This document shows, piece by piece, positions 45,388-54,563 of a stretch of 64,000 bases of DNA (its first letter is position 1; each line of letters starts with the position of its first letter). The notes under the pieces are model-generated. The model saw nothing but the letters and a program-made list of their open reading frames with translations, was not told where the DNA came from and did no database searches. Location: assembly GCA_964452565.1 (NCBI GenBank), contig CAYVLY010000001.1, positions 14,638-78,637 of the forward strand. Reading direction: 5' to 3'. The DNA comes from an uncultured Gammaproteobacteria bacterium. Lineage in GTDB: Bacteria > Patescibacteriota > Patescibacteriia > UBA9934. The translations under genes and the position numbers were made by a program.

Positions 45388-48028
45388 GGAAATGGAACAA
45401 GTTGAGAAGCCGATTGTTGATCAAAGCGGGGTCCCTGGAGTTTCAGTCCAAGGTGTGTTTTGGTATTGGAAGGAAAAACTAACAGAACCTTCGATTGCAT
45501 TGCGTAAAGTCCGCGATAAGATCGAAAAGGTAATAAATGGAGTTGTTGCAGCGTTGCTATTGGCGTCATTAGTTGTGGTTGTTTTGACAGTTGTATTTGG
45601 GGAAGCTGACGAGATTTTTGTCATTGATTATTGGACAAAGCCGAATATCACGAGCATCGTCGGACTTTTCGGGCTTTTATGTTTATATTTTTTGTTCTTT
45701 CGTTTTCAGGACAAGAAAATGCGCGTGGAGCATTTACCTCGAGATGTGAAACAGATCGGAGAGGTTCAAAGCATTCCTTCACTTGATGTTGTTGAAAAGC
45801 GCAAAGACATTGGCACCGTGCTTTCCCAAGAGTCTAGAGATGCTATTGAAGATGCTTATCACATTGCAAGAAAGGGTGGTCATGCACAAGTAACAGCAGT
45901 TCATTTGTTCCTTGGGTCGCTTTCGACTAGGTCAGTCTCATTACTGTTCGTTAGGTTGGGAATTACTTTTGATCAAATTAGAGACGCTTTGCGACGTAGA
46001 TTGTCTACTCTTGAAAAAGCTGACACAGTCTTTGGATATGAGGCGCAAGATATTATAGCCAATGCTTTGAAAAATGCAATGACTTTTCGAAAGTCGCAGA
46101 TAAGTGCTGTGGAGGTCTTTATGGCCGCTTATACCAAGGATGAGTTTTTGCAGGAGCTATTGTTTTCATTGGACATTGAACCAAAGGAACTTGAAAACGC
46201 TGTGATGTGGATACGTATCAATGAAGAGCTACGTGATAGATATGAAGAGTTCCGTAAGGCAGCAAGCTTTAAGCCAACAAAGGGAATGGACAGGGCAATG
46301 ACAGCAGTCGCAACGCCATTTTTGGATAAAGTATCCGAGGATCTCACCAGATCTGCTGTGTTTGGTGCATTGCCAATGTTGATTGGTAGAGATCGTGAGA
46401 TGGAAAATCTTTTGCGTGCGATCGAGGGTGGACGTCAAAGTATCGTACTTGTTGGTCCGTCTGGTGTTGGAAAAGACGCAATCGTTTATGGCTTGGCTCA
46501 GCGTATGGTTGAGGAGCGAGTCCCAAAGAGTCTTGAAGATAAGCGCTTGATAAAGATTTCAGTCCCGCATATTGCATCAGCACAAGGTGGTGCAGGAGCT
46601 GAAGAGCGGTTGCTCTATGCTATGAGCGAGGTAGCACGTGCAGGTAATGCTATTTTAGTTATCGAAAACATTGATCAACTTGTTGGTGCTGGAGGTATGG
46701 ATTTATCCGCAGTGCTTTCATCAGAGCTCGAAAAGGGCTATACGTTCGTGATTGCCACTACAACACCTCAAGGTTACTCTGGAGCGCTTGAGCAGTCTGC
46801 ATTAGGTCAAAAGCTTGAGAAGGTTGTTGTAGAAGAGCCTGGACGTGATGACGCGATTCAAGTGCTTGAGTCAAAGATCGGTGGAATCGAGAATAAAGAA
46901 AAGGTTGTATTCACTTATGAGGCTGTGGCTAGCATTGTTGATCTTTCAAGTCGCTACATGCATGATCAGTACTTGCCGCATAAAGCAATCATCCTAGCCC
47001 AAGAAGTTGGGCATATGGTTGGTGCGCAATCTCAGGATTGGGCACGTGTGGATAAGTCTCATGTTGCAAAGATGATTTCAGATAAGACAAATATCCCAGT
47101 TACTCAGGTTTCACAAGAAGAAAGTGAGAAACTTTTGAATCTAGAGGCTCGCATGCATGAGCGAATCATTGGTCAAGATGATGCAGTTAAGGCAGTATCG
47201 TCTGCGCTTCGACGTGCGCGAGTCGAGTTGCGATCTCAAGGTCGGCCGATCGCAAACTTTTTATTCTTAGGACCTACTGGAGTTGGAAAAACTGAGCTAG
47301 CAAAGACTACTGCTGAAGTCTACTTTGGAAGTGAGAATACGATGTTGCGTTTTGATATGTCTGAGTATCAGGACAAGGCATCTATATCGCGCTTGATAGG
47401 TGCTGCTGGTCAAGGTGGATTGTTAACTGAGGCTGTTCGAAAGGAGCCGTTCTCATTATTGCTGCTTGATGAGCTTGAAAAGGCGCATCCTGATATTCTT
47501 AATCTATTTTTGCAGGTTATGGATGATGGACGATTAACAGATGGCGCGGGTCGCACAGTAGACTTCACAAATGTCATTCTTATTTCAACCTCAAACGCTG
47601 GAACGCAATATATTCAAGACGAGGTCGCAAAAGAAACGCCAATGGAGCAGATTAAACAGCATTTGATGGAAGAGGAGTTAAAGCAAGTATATCGTCCAGA
47701 GTTTTTGAACCGTTTTGATGGCATCATGGTCTTTAAGCCGTTGTCACAGGAAGATGTGGTAGCAATCGCTTACTTGATGATCAAAAAGGTTGCACAGCGA
47801 CTTGATGCAAAGGGAATTAGGTTCGAAGCTTCCGATGAGGCTGTGCATGAGCTTGCAAAGCTTGGATATGATCCTAAGTTTGGAGCGCGACCTTTACGAC
47901 GTGTGATTCAAGAACGTGTTGATAATGCGATCGCTGAGTTCTTACTTCAAGGGAAGGTATCGCGCAGAGATACGCTTCTACTGCAAGCCGGCGGAGCAAT
48001 CGAAGTCCAAAAGGCCGAGGCTCTCTAA
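45380..48028 (+). CDS. ClpC/ClpA-like double-AAA+ chaperone ATPase with N-terminal membrane anchor and apparently degenerate D1 active site
   Basis: Two N-terminal hydrophobic helices, two Clp_N repeats. D1 Walker A is GPSGVGKDAI (Thr->Asp) and D1 Walker B is ILVIENIDQL (DE->EN). D2 is intact (GPTGVGKTELAKT, LLLLDELEKAH, sensor/arginine finger GARPLRR). Confidence 0.85.
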   Translation: MVEEMEQVEKPIVDQSGVPGVSVQGVFWYWKEKLTEPSIALRKVRDKIEKVINGVVAALLLASLVVVVLTVVFGEADEIFVIDYWTKPNITSIVGLFGLLCLYFLFFRFQDKKMRVEHLPRDVKQIGEVQSIPSLDVVEKRKDIGTVLSQESRDAIEDAYHIARKGGHAQVTAVHLFLGSLSTRSVSLLFVRLGITFDQIRDALRRRLSTLEKADTVFGYEAQDIIANALKNAMTFRKSQISAVEVFMAAYTKDEFLQELLFSLDIEPKELENAVMWIRINEELRDRYEEFRKAASFKPTKGMDRAMTAVATPFLDKVSEDLTRSAVFGALPMLIGRDREMENLLRAIEGGRQSIVLVGPSGVGKDAIVYGLAQRMVEERVPKSLEDKRLIKISVPHIASAQGGAGAEERLLYAMSEVARAGNAILVIENIDQLVGAGGMDLSAVLSSELEKGYTFVIATTTPQGYSGALEQSALGQKLEKVVVEEPGRDDAIQVLESKIGGIENKEKVVFTYEAVASIVDLSSRYMHDQYLPHKAIILAQEVGHMVGAQSQDWARVDKSHVAKMISDKTNIPVTQVSQEESEKLLNLEARMHERIIGQDDAVKAVSSALRRARVELRSQGRPIANFLFLGPTGVGKTELAKTTAEVYFGSENTMLRFDMSEYQDKASISRLIGAAGQGGLLTEAVRKEPFSLLLLDELEKAHPDILNLFLQVMDDGRLTDGAGRTVDFTNVILISTSNAGTQYIQDEVAKETPMEQIKQHLMEEELKQVYRPEFLNRFDGIMVFKPLSQEDVVAIAYLMIKKVAQRLDAKGIRFEASDEAVHELAKLGYDPKFGARPLRRVIQERVDNAIAEFLLQGKVSRRDTLLLQAGGAIEVQKAEAL

Positions 48029-48040
48029 CCCGCGTTATCT

Positions 48041-48068
48041 CGACTGGGTTCTGTGTTCTGGGTTCTGA
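48041..48068. repeat. Family-A repeat copy (reverse orientation) followed by bidirectional terminator hairpin ccacgcc-tcaagg-ggcgtgg (48081-48100)
   Basis: gactgggttctgtgttctgggttctg is the reverse complement of cagaacccagaacacagaacccagtc. Adjacent to the GC-rich pentapeptide-repeat gene. Confidence 0.6.
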
Positions 48069-48126
48069 AAAGCATTGAACCACGCCTCAAGGGGCGTGGT
48101 TTCGCGTACGTGCTGGCTCTCCAGCA

Positions 48127-48867
48127 CTAGTCGATCAGTTCGAGGCGCTTGTGCCGATGAGCGTCTGGGTCCCACTTGAACAGGATCGCGCCGCGCGTGT
48201 TGGCTTCATCGAAGTCGCGTTGGTACATCCGAGCTCCGGCCAGTTTGGCGCGCACGAGCTCGGTCTCGAAGTTGAACCGGGCGCCGCACATGTTAGCATC
48301 CTCAAGGCTAGCATTGGTGAGGTCCGTACCACGCAAGTCCTGCGTGCCCAGATGGAGGCCGTCGAGCTTGCAGCCCTGCAGGTCCGCATCAGGCGGGAGC
48401 CTGCTGCCAGAGGCGATCCCGCGCAGGTCTGCACCAGCCAGTCTTGCTTGCGCAAAGTTCTCGTCGATGCATACGCCCTTGAGGATTGCCCATTGCATGG
48501 TTGTTTTATCGAGCGAGGCATCACGGAAGCTCGCGTTGGTCAGGTCGGCCTCCATCAGCGTGGCGCCGTCGAGCGTTGCACGATCGAAGATCGTTCCGTG
48601 GCACTTGGCGCCGGTAAGATGCGCGCCAGTCAGGTCAGATCCGAAAAGGTTCATGCCTGAGATGTCGATCCCGCTGAGGTCGATGCCGCGCAGCCGATTG
48701 GTACCGATCCCACGGCCCTTGAAGTCGATCTCACAGTCTGGGTTGAGATGCCGGAAGCGGTTGAACCAATCAGCACCATGCTTATTGACCATGCTTGCGA
48801 AGTTGGGCAGGTCCTTGCGATACCGGGCCTTTCTTTCGTCTGGGGACTTGAAGCGGTCTTTCCTCAT
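48127..48867 (-). CDS. Pentapeptide-repeat protein (GC ~60%)
   Basis: Consecutive A(D/N)LxG pentapeptides (ADLTNASFRDASLDKT...AGADLRGIASG...). Plus-strand ORFs 48151..48660 and 48176..48925 have R/S/A-rich antisense composition and were rejected. Confidence 0.7.
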   Translation of the reverse strand: MRKDRFKSPDERKARYRKDLPNFASMVNKHGADWFNRFRHLNPDCEIDFKGRGIGTNRLRGIDLSGIDISGMNLFGSDLTGAHLTGAKCHGTIFDRATLDGATLMEADLTNASFRDASLDKTTMQWAILKGVCIDENFAQARLAGADLRGIASGSRLPPDADLQGCKLDGLHLGTQDLRGTDLTNASLEDANMCGARFNFETELVRAKLAGARMYQRDFDEANTRGAILFKWDPDAHRHKRLELID

Positions 48868-49001
48868 GTGCGTTCCTTGTCTTGTCTTTGGGTTTTTCTT
48901 GGCTGAGGATAGCGCTCTCTCGTAAAACGATACGAGTTTTTAAGCTATCACAAAGAAGGGCTTTTGTCAATCCCGCTCTGGTACGTTAAACTATATGCAT
49001 T

Positions 49002-50036
49002 ATGCCTTCATGGTGGATATATCCAGTAATACTTAGTTTTCTGATCTCATTGCTTTTGTGTGATGTGGGACGTACTTTGGGTCGTAAGTGGGGGTTTATT
49101 GATGAGCCGCGTGTTAGCCGTAAAAAACAAAAAGGCGGGGTATCGACTCTTGGTGGAGTTGCGATTTTTATTGCGGTTTCGATTAGTTCGATTGGCGTCT
49201 TGCTATTTTCAGATGTTTTAACTGGTGGCGCGATGAAAAACCTTCATTTTATTGGGTATCTCCTTGGAGGTTCAACCTTGGTGATTGGAGGCTTGATTGA
49301 TGATAGGTTCGATCTCAGAGCGCGATATTCGATCTTATTCCCGATCGCAGCAGCTTTGATCGCGGCAGGCTTTGGTATCGGTGTATCAAAAATAACAAAC
49401 CCTCTTGGTGGTTTTTTCGAAGTCGGAGATCTCTTGTCGTTTGGTGTGACTTTTGTGTGGCTTTTGGGTATGACGTACGTGACCAAGTTGCTCGATGGAC
49501 TCGATGGCCTTGCATCAGGGGTAAGTTCAATCGCAGGCCTTATGATGGGCTTTCTGGCGCTCTCTGTTGCGTTTTACCAACCAGATGCGGCACTACTCTC
49601 GTTTTTGATCGTTGCGGCATTCCTAGGCTTTTTAGTGTGGAATTGGAACCCTGCAAGTATTTATCATGGTGAAGCAGGAAGTACCTTTGTTGGTTATTCA
49701 ATTGGAGTTTTAGCTGTGATTGGAGGAGGGAAGTTTGCTACTGCTTTACTAGTCGTTGCGATTCCGTTATTTGATATTCTTTTCGTGCTTTGGGACCGAT
49801 ATCGTAGCGGGGTACCACTTTTTGCAGGAGATAGGCGGCATTTACATTTCAGACTTCGTGATCTTGGGCTTAGTACACGTTCGATAGTCTTGATCTACTA
49901 TGGAGTCGCGCTTTTGTTTGGACTTTCAACATTGGTTTTTGAAAGTTGGCAAAAGATAGTGGCGCTTGCAGTTCTGTTTGTCGGTTTACTCATTTCGATT
50001 TATTACATTCAAAAATGTCAAAAGAAGACGCGCTAA
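49002..50036 (+). CDS. MraY/WecA-family polyprenyl-phosphate N-acetylhexosamine-1-phosphate transferase (GT4 family)
   Basis: Multi-TM protein. IDDRFDL and TKLLDGLDGLASG are hallmark MraY/WecA motifs. 344 aa is closer to WecA/TagO than to MraY. Confidence 0.75.
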   Translation: MPSWWIYPVILSFLISLLLCDVGRTLGRKWGFIDEPRVSRKKQKGGVSTLGGVAIFIAVSISSIGVLLFSDVLTGGAMKNLHFIGYLLGGSTLVIGGLIDDRFDLRARYSILFPIAAALIAAGFGIGVSKITNPLGGFFEVGDLLSFGVTFVWLLGMTYVTKLLDGLDGLASGVSSIAGLMMGFLALSVAFYQPDAALLSFLIVAAFLGFLVWNWNPASIYHGEAGSTFVGYSIGVLAVIGGGKFATALLVVAIPLFDILFVLWDRYRSGVPLFAGDRRHLHFRLRDLGLSTRSIVLIYYGVALLFGLSTLVFESWQKIVALAVLFVGLLISIYYIQKCQKKTR

Positions 50037-50476
50037 AAATCGCTTTGGTGATAATGGGATTGGTTATCGCAGCAATTTTGGTGATGTTTGTGTTTCTACA
50101 GGAGCAGGAAATAGAAAGAACACAGATTATAATCAATGATCATGTACTTGATGTGTACATTGCGCAGACTTCAGCTGAACATGCGCAGGGGTTATCAGGC
50201 ATTGATTTATCTGAATTCGATGCCGATGGAATGTTATTTATATTTGAGGATCCAATCGAGCGAACGTTTTGGATGAAGGATATGGAGTTTGCAATAGATA
50301 TAGTATGGATCAGAGACAGTGAAATAGTTGAGATCGAAGAGGGGCTTTCTGTTCCTAATAATCAAGATATTCTATATATGTACTCTGATCCATACAAGGT
50401 CGACGCTGCCCTTGAGCTGCCTGCCGGGGATGTGGATAAGTATGGTATTGACTTAAATCAAAAAGTGAGCTTTTGA
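50015..50476 (+). CDS. DUF192-family protein (signal-anchored)
   Basis: ATG 50015 overlaps the upstream gene by 22 nt. TM LKIALVIMGLVIAAILVMFVFL then FWMKDMEFAIDIVWI, typical of DUF192. Confidence 0.6.
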   Translation: MSKEDALKIALVIMGLVIAAILVMFVFLQEQEIERTQIIINDHVLDVYIAQTSAEHAQGLSGIDLSEFDADGMLFIFEDPIERTFWMKDMEFAIDIVWIRDSEIVEIEEGLSVPNNQDILYMYSDPYKVDAALELPAGDVDKYGIDLNQKVSF

Positions 50477-50482
50477 ATGAGT

Positions 50483-50550
50483 AAATGCCAACTCTCGGTG
50501 TTGGCATTTAAAAAAGCAGTGAAGCCGCCCCGTGCGGGCGGCTTTTGGGG
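50483..50550. terminator. Bidirectional terminator region (two hairpins)
   Basis: aaatgccaac-tctcggt-gttggcattt and aagccgccc-cgtgc-gggcggcttttgggg. On the reverse strand it reads hairpin + ttttttaaa for the 50564..50788 gene. Confidence 0.65.
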
Positions 50551-50563
50551 TTCGCGAGTTAGG

Positions 50564-50788
50564 CTATATAAGGAATGCTACGGGCATGAGCAGCAATCCG
50601 AGGATCGCGAGTACGATCGAAGCGATCCGCTTGCGTCGGATCGAACGCTTGGCGCCGCTCCAACACATTCCACGGCTTGAGGAGCCCTCGAATGCTTCAT
50701 CAAGCCTGATCTCGTCATCTGCAGCATCGAGCCATAGGTAGACGGCGGCACCAATGGCCAAGAGAGAAGCTATTATGAGCCAGAGCAT
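50564..50788 (-). CDS. Small GC-rich membrane protein, hypothetical
   Basis: 74 aa, two hydrophobic helices separated by a charged loop. GC-rich. May instead be non-coding. Confidence 0.35.
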   Translation of the reverse strand: MLWLIIASLLAIGAAVYLWLDAADDEIRLDEAFEGSSSRGMCWSGAKRSIRRKRIASIVLAILGLLLMPVAFLI

Positions 50789-50848
50789 ATTTCACCTGAA
50801 GAGATTGGGGTTGAAGATGGGACAAAGACTTCAACAACCTTATCACTA

Positions 50849-50877
50849 TTGACGAAGTTTGGCTATTTTGTTACTAT
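50849..50877 (+). promoter_or_regulatory. Sigma70-like promoter for rplU
   Basis: TTGACG-17 nt-TACTAT, ~85 nt upstream of the ATG. Confidence 0.35.
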
Positions 50878-50961
50878 TTCGGCGTTAAATAAGTAAGGCT
50901 CGCAGGTGGTATCAACATATCGATTCAGATCGATAGACCCTATGCGGCCGTAAAAAACTAT

Positions 50962-51276
50962 ATGTTCGCAATTATTCAAACTGGTGGAAAACAGTACTTG
51001 GTCGAGGAAGGTCAGACCTTGAAGGTCGAAAAGCTCGATAACAAGGACGGTGATAAGATCGAGTTCGATGCATTGCTAGTTTCTGATGACAAAGGAAAAG
51101 AAACAAAAGTAGGGACTCCACTTGTACCAAATGCAAAGGTAACGGCTTCAGTAATCGAAACTGGAAAAGGCAAGAAGATTACAATCATCAAGTATAAGCC
51201 AAAGTCAAAGTATAGACGAAAGTCTGGTCACCGACAGCCATACACGGCTATCAAGATCGAAAAGATCACAGCATAA
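50962..51276 (+). CDS. rplU: 50S ribosomal protein L21
   Basis: MFAIIQTGGKQYLVEEGQTLKVEKL ... KITIIKYKPKSKYRRKSGHRQPYTAIKIEKI. Confidence 0.9.
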   Translation: MFAIIQTGGKQYLVEEGQTLKVEKLDNKDGDKIEFDALLVSDDKGKETKVGTPLVPNAKVTASVIETGKGKKITIIKYKPKSKYRRKSGHRQPYTAIKIEKITA

Positions 51277-51290
51277 ACACACAAGCAAAA

Positions 51291-51326
51291 AAGCACCCGT
51301 TCGATATTCTCGAGCGGGTGTTTTGT
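51291..51326 (+). terminator. Terminator hairpin, left copy of an inverted-repeat pair
   Basis: gcacccg-ttcgatattctcgag-cgggtg-ttttg. Its reverse complement recurs at 52010-52047. Confidence 0.7.
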
Positions 51327-51375
51327 TGAGCCTAATGTAAAAAAGTTATATTATGTACCCAATTAACAGTGATTT

Positions 51376-52005
51376 ATGGGTAAGGTACTAAGTTTTCCTG
51401 GGTCTGGAGGTGTTGCAGGGGAAGGGGCTGGCAGGCGTCCAGGTGAGGATGATCGAAAGCAGGCCGAAGATGAGCGTCTGGATGGAGGTGAGTTAAAAGA
51501 AGACGCTGGCGAAGGTCAAGAAGCTTATGAAGATGGAGGGGTGGATTTAGGGCCCGAGGAAGAGGATAAGGAGCGTGGTCAGCTTATTTCGTTTGCTGAT
51601 GCAGCTAGGGCTGAAGCCCAGGCCCGTCAAGATGAGCAAGACGAAGATCCACTTGATCTTGATCAGTATGGCGACGATATGCTTTTTGGTTTGGGCTCTT
51701 TGAGGGGTGGAGGTGCCTTTGAGGGTAGTCACGGTGCCTATATGTCACGATTAATGGATGCATTGGAGCATGGCTCGAGATGGAGTAAGAAGGGTCAGAT
51801 AATGTCGGTATTGAGAACTTTACAAAGAGGATCGGCCTCACAAGTCGCAAGGAACGTGGCTCTTAGAAGAGACATGATTAAAGAATACAAAACAGAAGAG
51901 TTAGCAGATATCCTCGAAGGCAGCAAAGAACCTGATTGGACGGCCCAACCTAGTTACTATCAGGCAGTAATCCAGGAGCTAGATTCGCGTGATTATAGAG
52001 AATAG
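51376..52005 (+). CDS. Hypothetical acidic protein (disordered D/E/G-rich N-half, structured C-half), bracketed by inverted identical terminator hairpins
   Basis: 209-aa ORF, moderately GC-enriched (~52-55%). No recognisable motif. Sits between rplU and recR. Confidence 0.5.
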   Translation: MGKVLSFPGSGGVAGEGAGRRPGEDDRKQAEDERLDGGELKEDAGEGQEAYEDGGVDLGPEEEDKERGQLISFADAARAEAQARQDEQDEDPLDLDQYGDDMLFGLGSLRGGGAFEGSHGAYMSRLMDALEHGSRWSKKGQIMSVLRTLQRGSASQVARNVALRRDMIKEYKTEELADILEGSKEPDWTAQPSYYQAVIQELDSRDYRE

Positions 52006-52009
52006 AGAC

Positions 52010-52047
52010 AAAAAAACACCCGCTCGAGAATATCGAACGGGTGCTTT
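52010..52047 (-). terminator. Terminator hairpin for recR, right (inverted) copy of the pair
   Basis: Reverse strand reads cacccg-ttcgatattctcgag-cgggtg-ttttttt. Stem and loop match 51294-51320 on the other strand. Confidence 0.7.
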
Positions 52048-52050
52048 GTA

Positions 52051-52650
52051 TTACATTTCAGATCTACCGAGAAGCGCGTCGCCGAGGGTTACCTCGTCGG
52101 TATATTCGAGATCTGCGCCGATTGGGAGTCCGCGGGCTAATCGGGTCGCGCGTCGATCTAACTCTTTCACCTTACGCGCTAAGAACATCATGGTTGTCTC
52201 TCCGTGAACATCTGGAGAAAATGCAAGAATCACCTCTCGGATATCCGGATTCGATTCGATTCGATCAACCATCTCCTCAACCTTTAGCGTTTCCGGAGTC
52301 ATCCCATCGATCGGATTCAAGACCCCACCCAAGACGAGATACCTTCCATTATATGCATTAGCCGCCTCGATAGTTGAGATGTCTCGAGATTCCGACACAA
52401 CGCACAGCACGTCGCTCGATCGTTTATCATCAGTACATATCGAACAAATCGGATCTTCTGCATGCGCAAAACATTGTGAGCAGGTTTGAACATGCTGCAA
52501 ATCAACAATGGCGCGAGCTAATTGCTCGCGCTCATCTTGCCGCATCCGCAATAGAGTAAAGGCGTATCGAAGAGCTGTCTTTGGTCCTACGCCTGGAAAT
52601 CGAGTTAACGCTGCAACAACATTGTGAATTGGAGCAGGGAATTTTCGCAT
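52051..52650 (-). CDS. recR: Recombination protein RecR
   Basis: HhH FPGVGPKTALRYAF, C4 zinc finger CSQCFAHAEDPICSIC, Toprim VLCVVSESRD ... DGE. Confidence 0.9.
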   Translation of the reverse strand: MRKFPAPIHNVVAALTRFPGVGPKTALRYAFTLLRMRQDEREQLARAIVDLQHVQTCSQCFAHAEDPICSICTDDKRSSDVLCVVSESRDISTIEAANAYNGRYLVLGGVLNPIDGMTPETLKVEEMVDRIESNPDIREVILAFSPDVHGETTMMFLARKVKELDRRATRLARGLPIGADLEYTDEVTLGDALLGRSEM

Positions 52651-52651
52651 G

Positions 52652-52945
52652 TTAGCCCATCATGTCTTTAAGAGCATCAAGCCCTCCCATGTCTTTCATC
52701 TTTGCAGCCATTTCTTGCTGAAGTTTCTTTGACGCATCATTAAAAGCGTCTTGGACACCCTTTTCAATCTTTTCACGCTCAAGCTCTGGATTTATCTTAA
52801 CACCTTGAACCTTTTGATTTCCATCAACTGTGATCATGATCTTACCGCCCATGGCTTTCCCCACAATCATAATCTCAGCAAGTGCTGCCTGCATAGTTTT
52901 TGCCTGCGAACGCATGTCTTTTATCTGTTTGATCTTGTTGAACAT
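52652..52945 (-). CDS. ybaB: YbaB/EbfC nucleoid-associated protein
   Basis: MFNKIKQIKDMRSQAKTMQAALAEI...ITVDGNQKVQGVKINPEL...DAFNDASKKLQQEMAAKM. The adjacent ybaB-recR pair is conserved. Confidence 0.85.
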   Translation of the reverse strand: MFNKIKQIKDMRSQAKTMQAALAEIMIVGKAMGGKIMITVDGNQKVQGVKINPELEREKIEKGVQDAFNDASKKLQQEMAAKMKDMGGLDALKDMMG

Positions 52946-52950
52946 AGTAT

Positions 52951-52988
52951 ATTGTTAATTTAAGTATGCAGTAGGCAGTATACAGTAT
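52951..52988 (-). promoter_or_regulatory. Conserved upstream motif copy (reverse strand) immediately 5' of ybaB
   Basis: Reverse complement reads actgcatactgtatactgcctactgcatact, matching the ACTGYGTACTGTRTACT element at 28926-28960 and 54510-54550. Confidence 0.4.
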
Positions 52989-52992
52989 GCAG

Positions 52993-54450
52993 TTATTTTT
53001 GTGGAATATCAGCTCCTTTTGGCGGAACTCCTGGTGGCAGACCCACATTTGCAGGATTTGATTCAACTTGTTGCGTTTGAGCAGGAGGAGCAATGTGCTT
53101 TGTATCAAGGTTTTTGAAACTTGCGCGTTTCGCATCCCAAAATAGCTTTACCATTCCTGTTGGTCCGTTACGATGCTTTGCAATATGTACTTCTCCAGAG
53201 TTTCGCTCCTCAGGAGTAAGCTCTTCAAGCGAATAGTTTCTGTCCGCTGCTTTTCGATATAGGAACATCACCACATCAGCGTCTTGCTCAATGGATCCAG
53301 ATTCACGCAAATGTGAAAGTTTTGGAATTGCTGGTTTAGTTTGCTCAACTGCACGAGATAGCTGCGCCAATGCAAGAACTGGGACTTGAAGCTCACGACC
53401 GATCTGCTTGAGGCCTCTGCTGATTTCCGCAACTTCGTTAACACGGTTGTCGCTATTATTTGTTCGACCCTCCATAAGCTGGAGATAATCAATAACGATC
53501 ATTGACAGGCCGTGTTCTGCCTTGAGTCTACGAGCCTTAGCTCTAATATTCATGATATTAGCTGCAGGTGTGTCATCAATGTAAATCGGCGCGTCTGATA
53601 GTTTTGCAAGCGCATCGCCGATTCGAGGAAAATCATCATCACGATCAGATAGCCGTCCTGTGCGAAGTTTCCAAAGGTCGATATTACCTTCTGCGCAAAT
53701 CAAACGATCAACAAGCTGTTCCTTTGCCATTTCCAAAGAGAAGAGTCCGACAGGTTCTTTTGAGCGAAGTGCACAGTTGCGAATAATATCAAGCGCGAGT
53801 GATGTCTTACCAACAGAAGGGCGAGCTGCAAGAATAACAAGATCAGATTTCTGAAGTCCAGCAAGCAAGTTGTCAATTCCAGTGAATCCAGTGGGAATAC
53901 CGCGCAATTTACCTCGTTCTTTGTGAAGTTTATCAATTCGATCAAATGCGTCAGTCAGAATCGATCGAATTGGAGTAAATGCCTTTTGGATAAAGTTTGA
54001 AGAAACGTCAAACAGTTTTTGCTCAGCTTCATCAATAATTGAATCAATCTCATCGGTTTCGTTATATCCAAGTTCAGTAATTCGAGATGCTGCACCTAAA
54101 AGCCTGCGTAAAGTCGCTTTCTTTTGGATGATCTTTCCATAGTTTGCAACATGCGCCGAGGTAGTAACCCGATTGGTGATCTCAACAAGTGCTGTACGAC
54201 CGCCGATTCGATCAAGCATTTTCTTTTCCTCAAGCCTATTTCCAACAGTTAAGACATCTATCGGTTCGTGTCGCTCAAACAAGTCCAGCATTGTTTCAAA
54301 GATGATGCGGTGCGATTCTTTGTAAAAGTCATCTCCACGCACAACATCCATGACCCTAGCTAAGGATTCTTGATCAATGAAAATACTACCCAAAAGCGAC
54401 TCTTCAGCCTCTAGGTTGTGTGGAGGGATTTTTGATAATTCGCTCGGCAT
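52993..54450 (-). CDS. dnaB: Replicative DNA helicase DnaB
   Basis: N-terminal PPHNLEAEESLLGSIF, Walker A AARPSVGKTSLAL, H3/H4 motifs. 485 aa, no intein. Confidence 0.9.
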   Translation of the reverse strand: MPSELSKIPPHNLEAEESLLGSIFIDQESLARVMDVVRGDDFYKESHRIIFETMLDLFERHEPIDVLTVGNRLEEKKMLDRIGGRTALVEITNRVTTSAHVANYGKIIQKKATLRRLLGAASRITELGYNETDEIDSIIDEAEQKLFDVSSNFIQKAFTPIRSILTDAFDRIDKLHKERGKLRGIPTGFTGIDNLLAGLQKSDLVILAARPSVGKTSLALDIIRNCALRSKEPVGLFSLEMAKEQLVDRLICAEGNIDLWKLRTGRLSDRDDDFPRIGDALAKLSDAPIYIDDTPAANIMNIRAKARRLKAEHGLSMIVIDYLQLMEGRTNNSDNRVNEVAEISRGLKQIGRELQVPVLALAQLSRAVEQTKPAIPKLSHLRESGSIEQDADVVMFLYRKAADRNYSLEELTPEERNSGEVHIAKHRNGPTGMVKLFWDAKRASFKNLDTKHIAPPAQTQQVESNPANVGLPPGVPPKGADIPQK

Positions 54451-54509
54451 GTGTGTATCTTACCGAAGACCGTGCGATTATCAAGTGTGAACTGTGTAGA
54501 GAGTGGGGA

Positions 54510-54555
54510 TCCCCTGTGAACTGAGCACCGTGTACTGTGTACTGTGATATAATTA
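54510..54555 (+). promoter_or_regulatory. Conserved upstream motif copy + -10 (GATATAAT) for permease gene
   Basis: cctgtgaactgagcaccgtgtactgtgtactgtgatataat is ~85% identical to 28926-28960. Confidence 0.4.
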
Positions 54556-54563
54556 AGTCAATT

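Noticed and set aside
52993-54450. Intein or other insertion in dnaB
   Set aside because: The protein is 485 aa with contiguous DnaB motifs and no extra segment.
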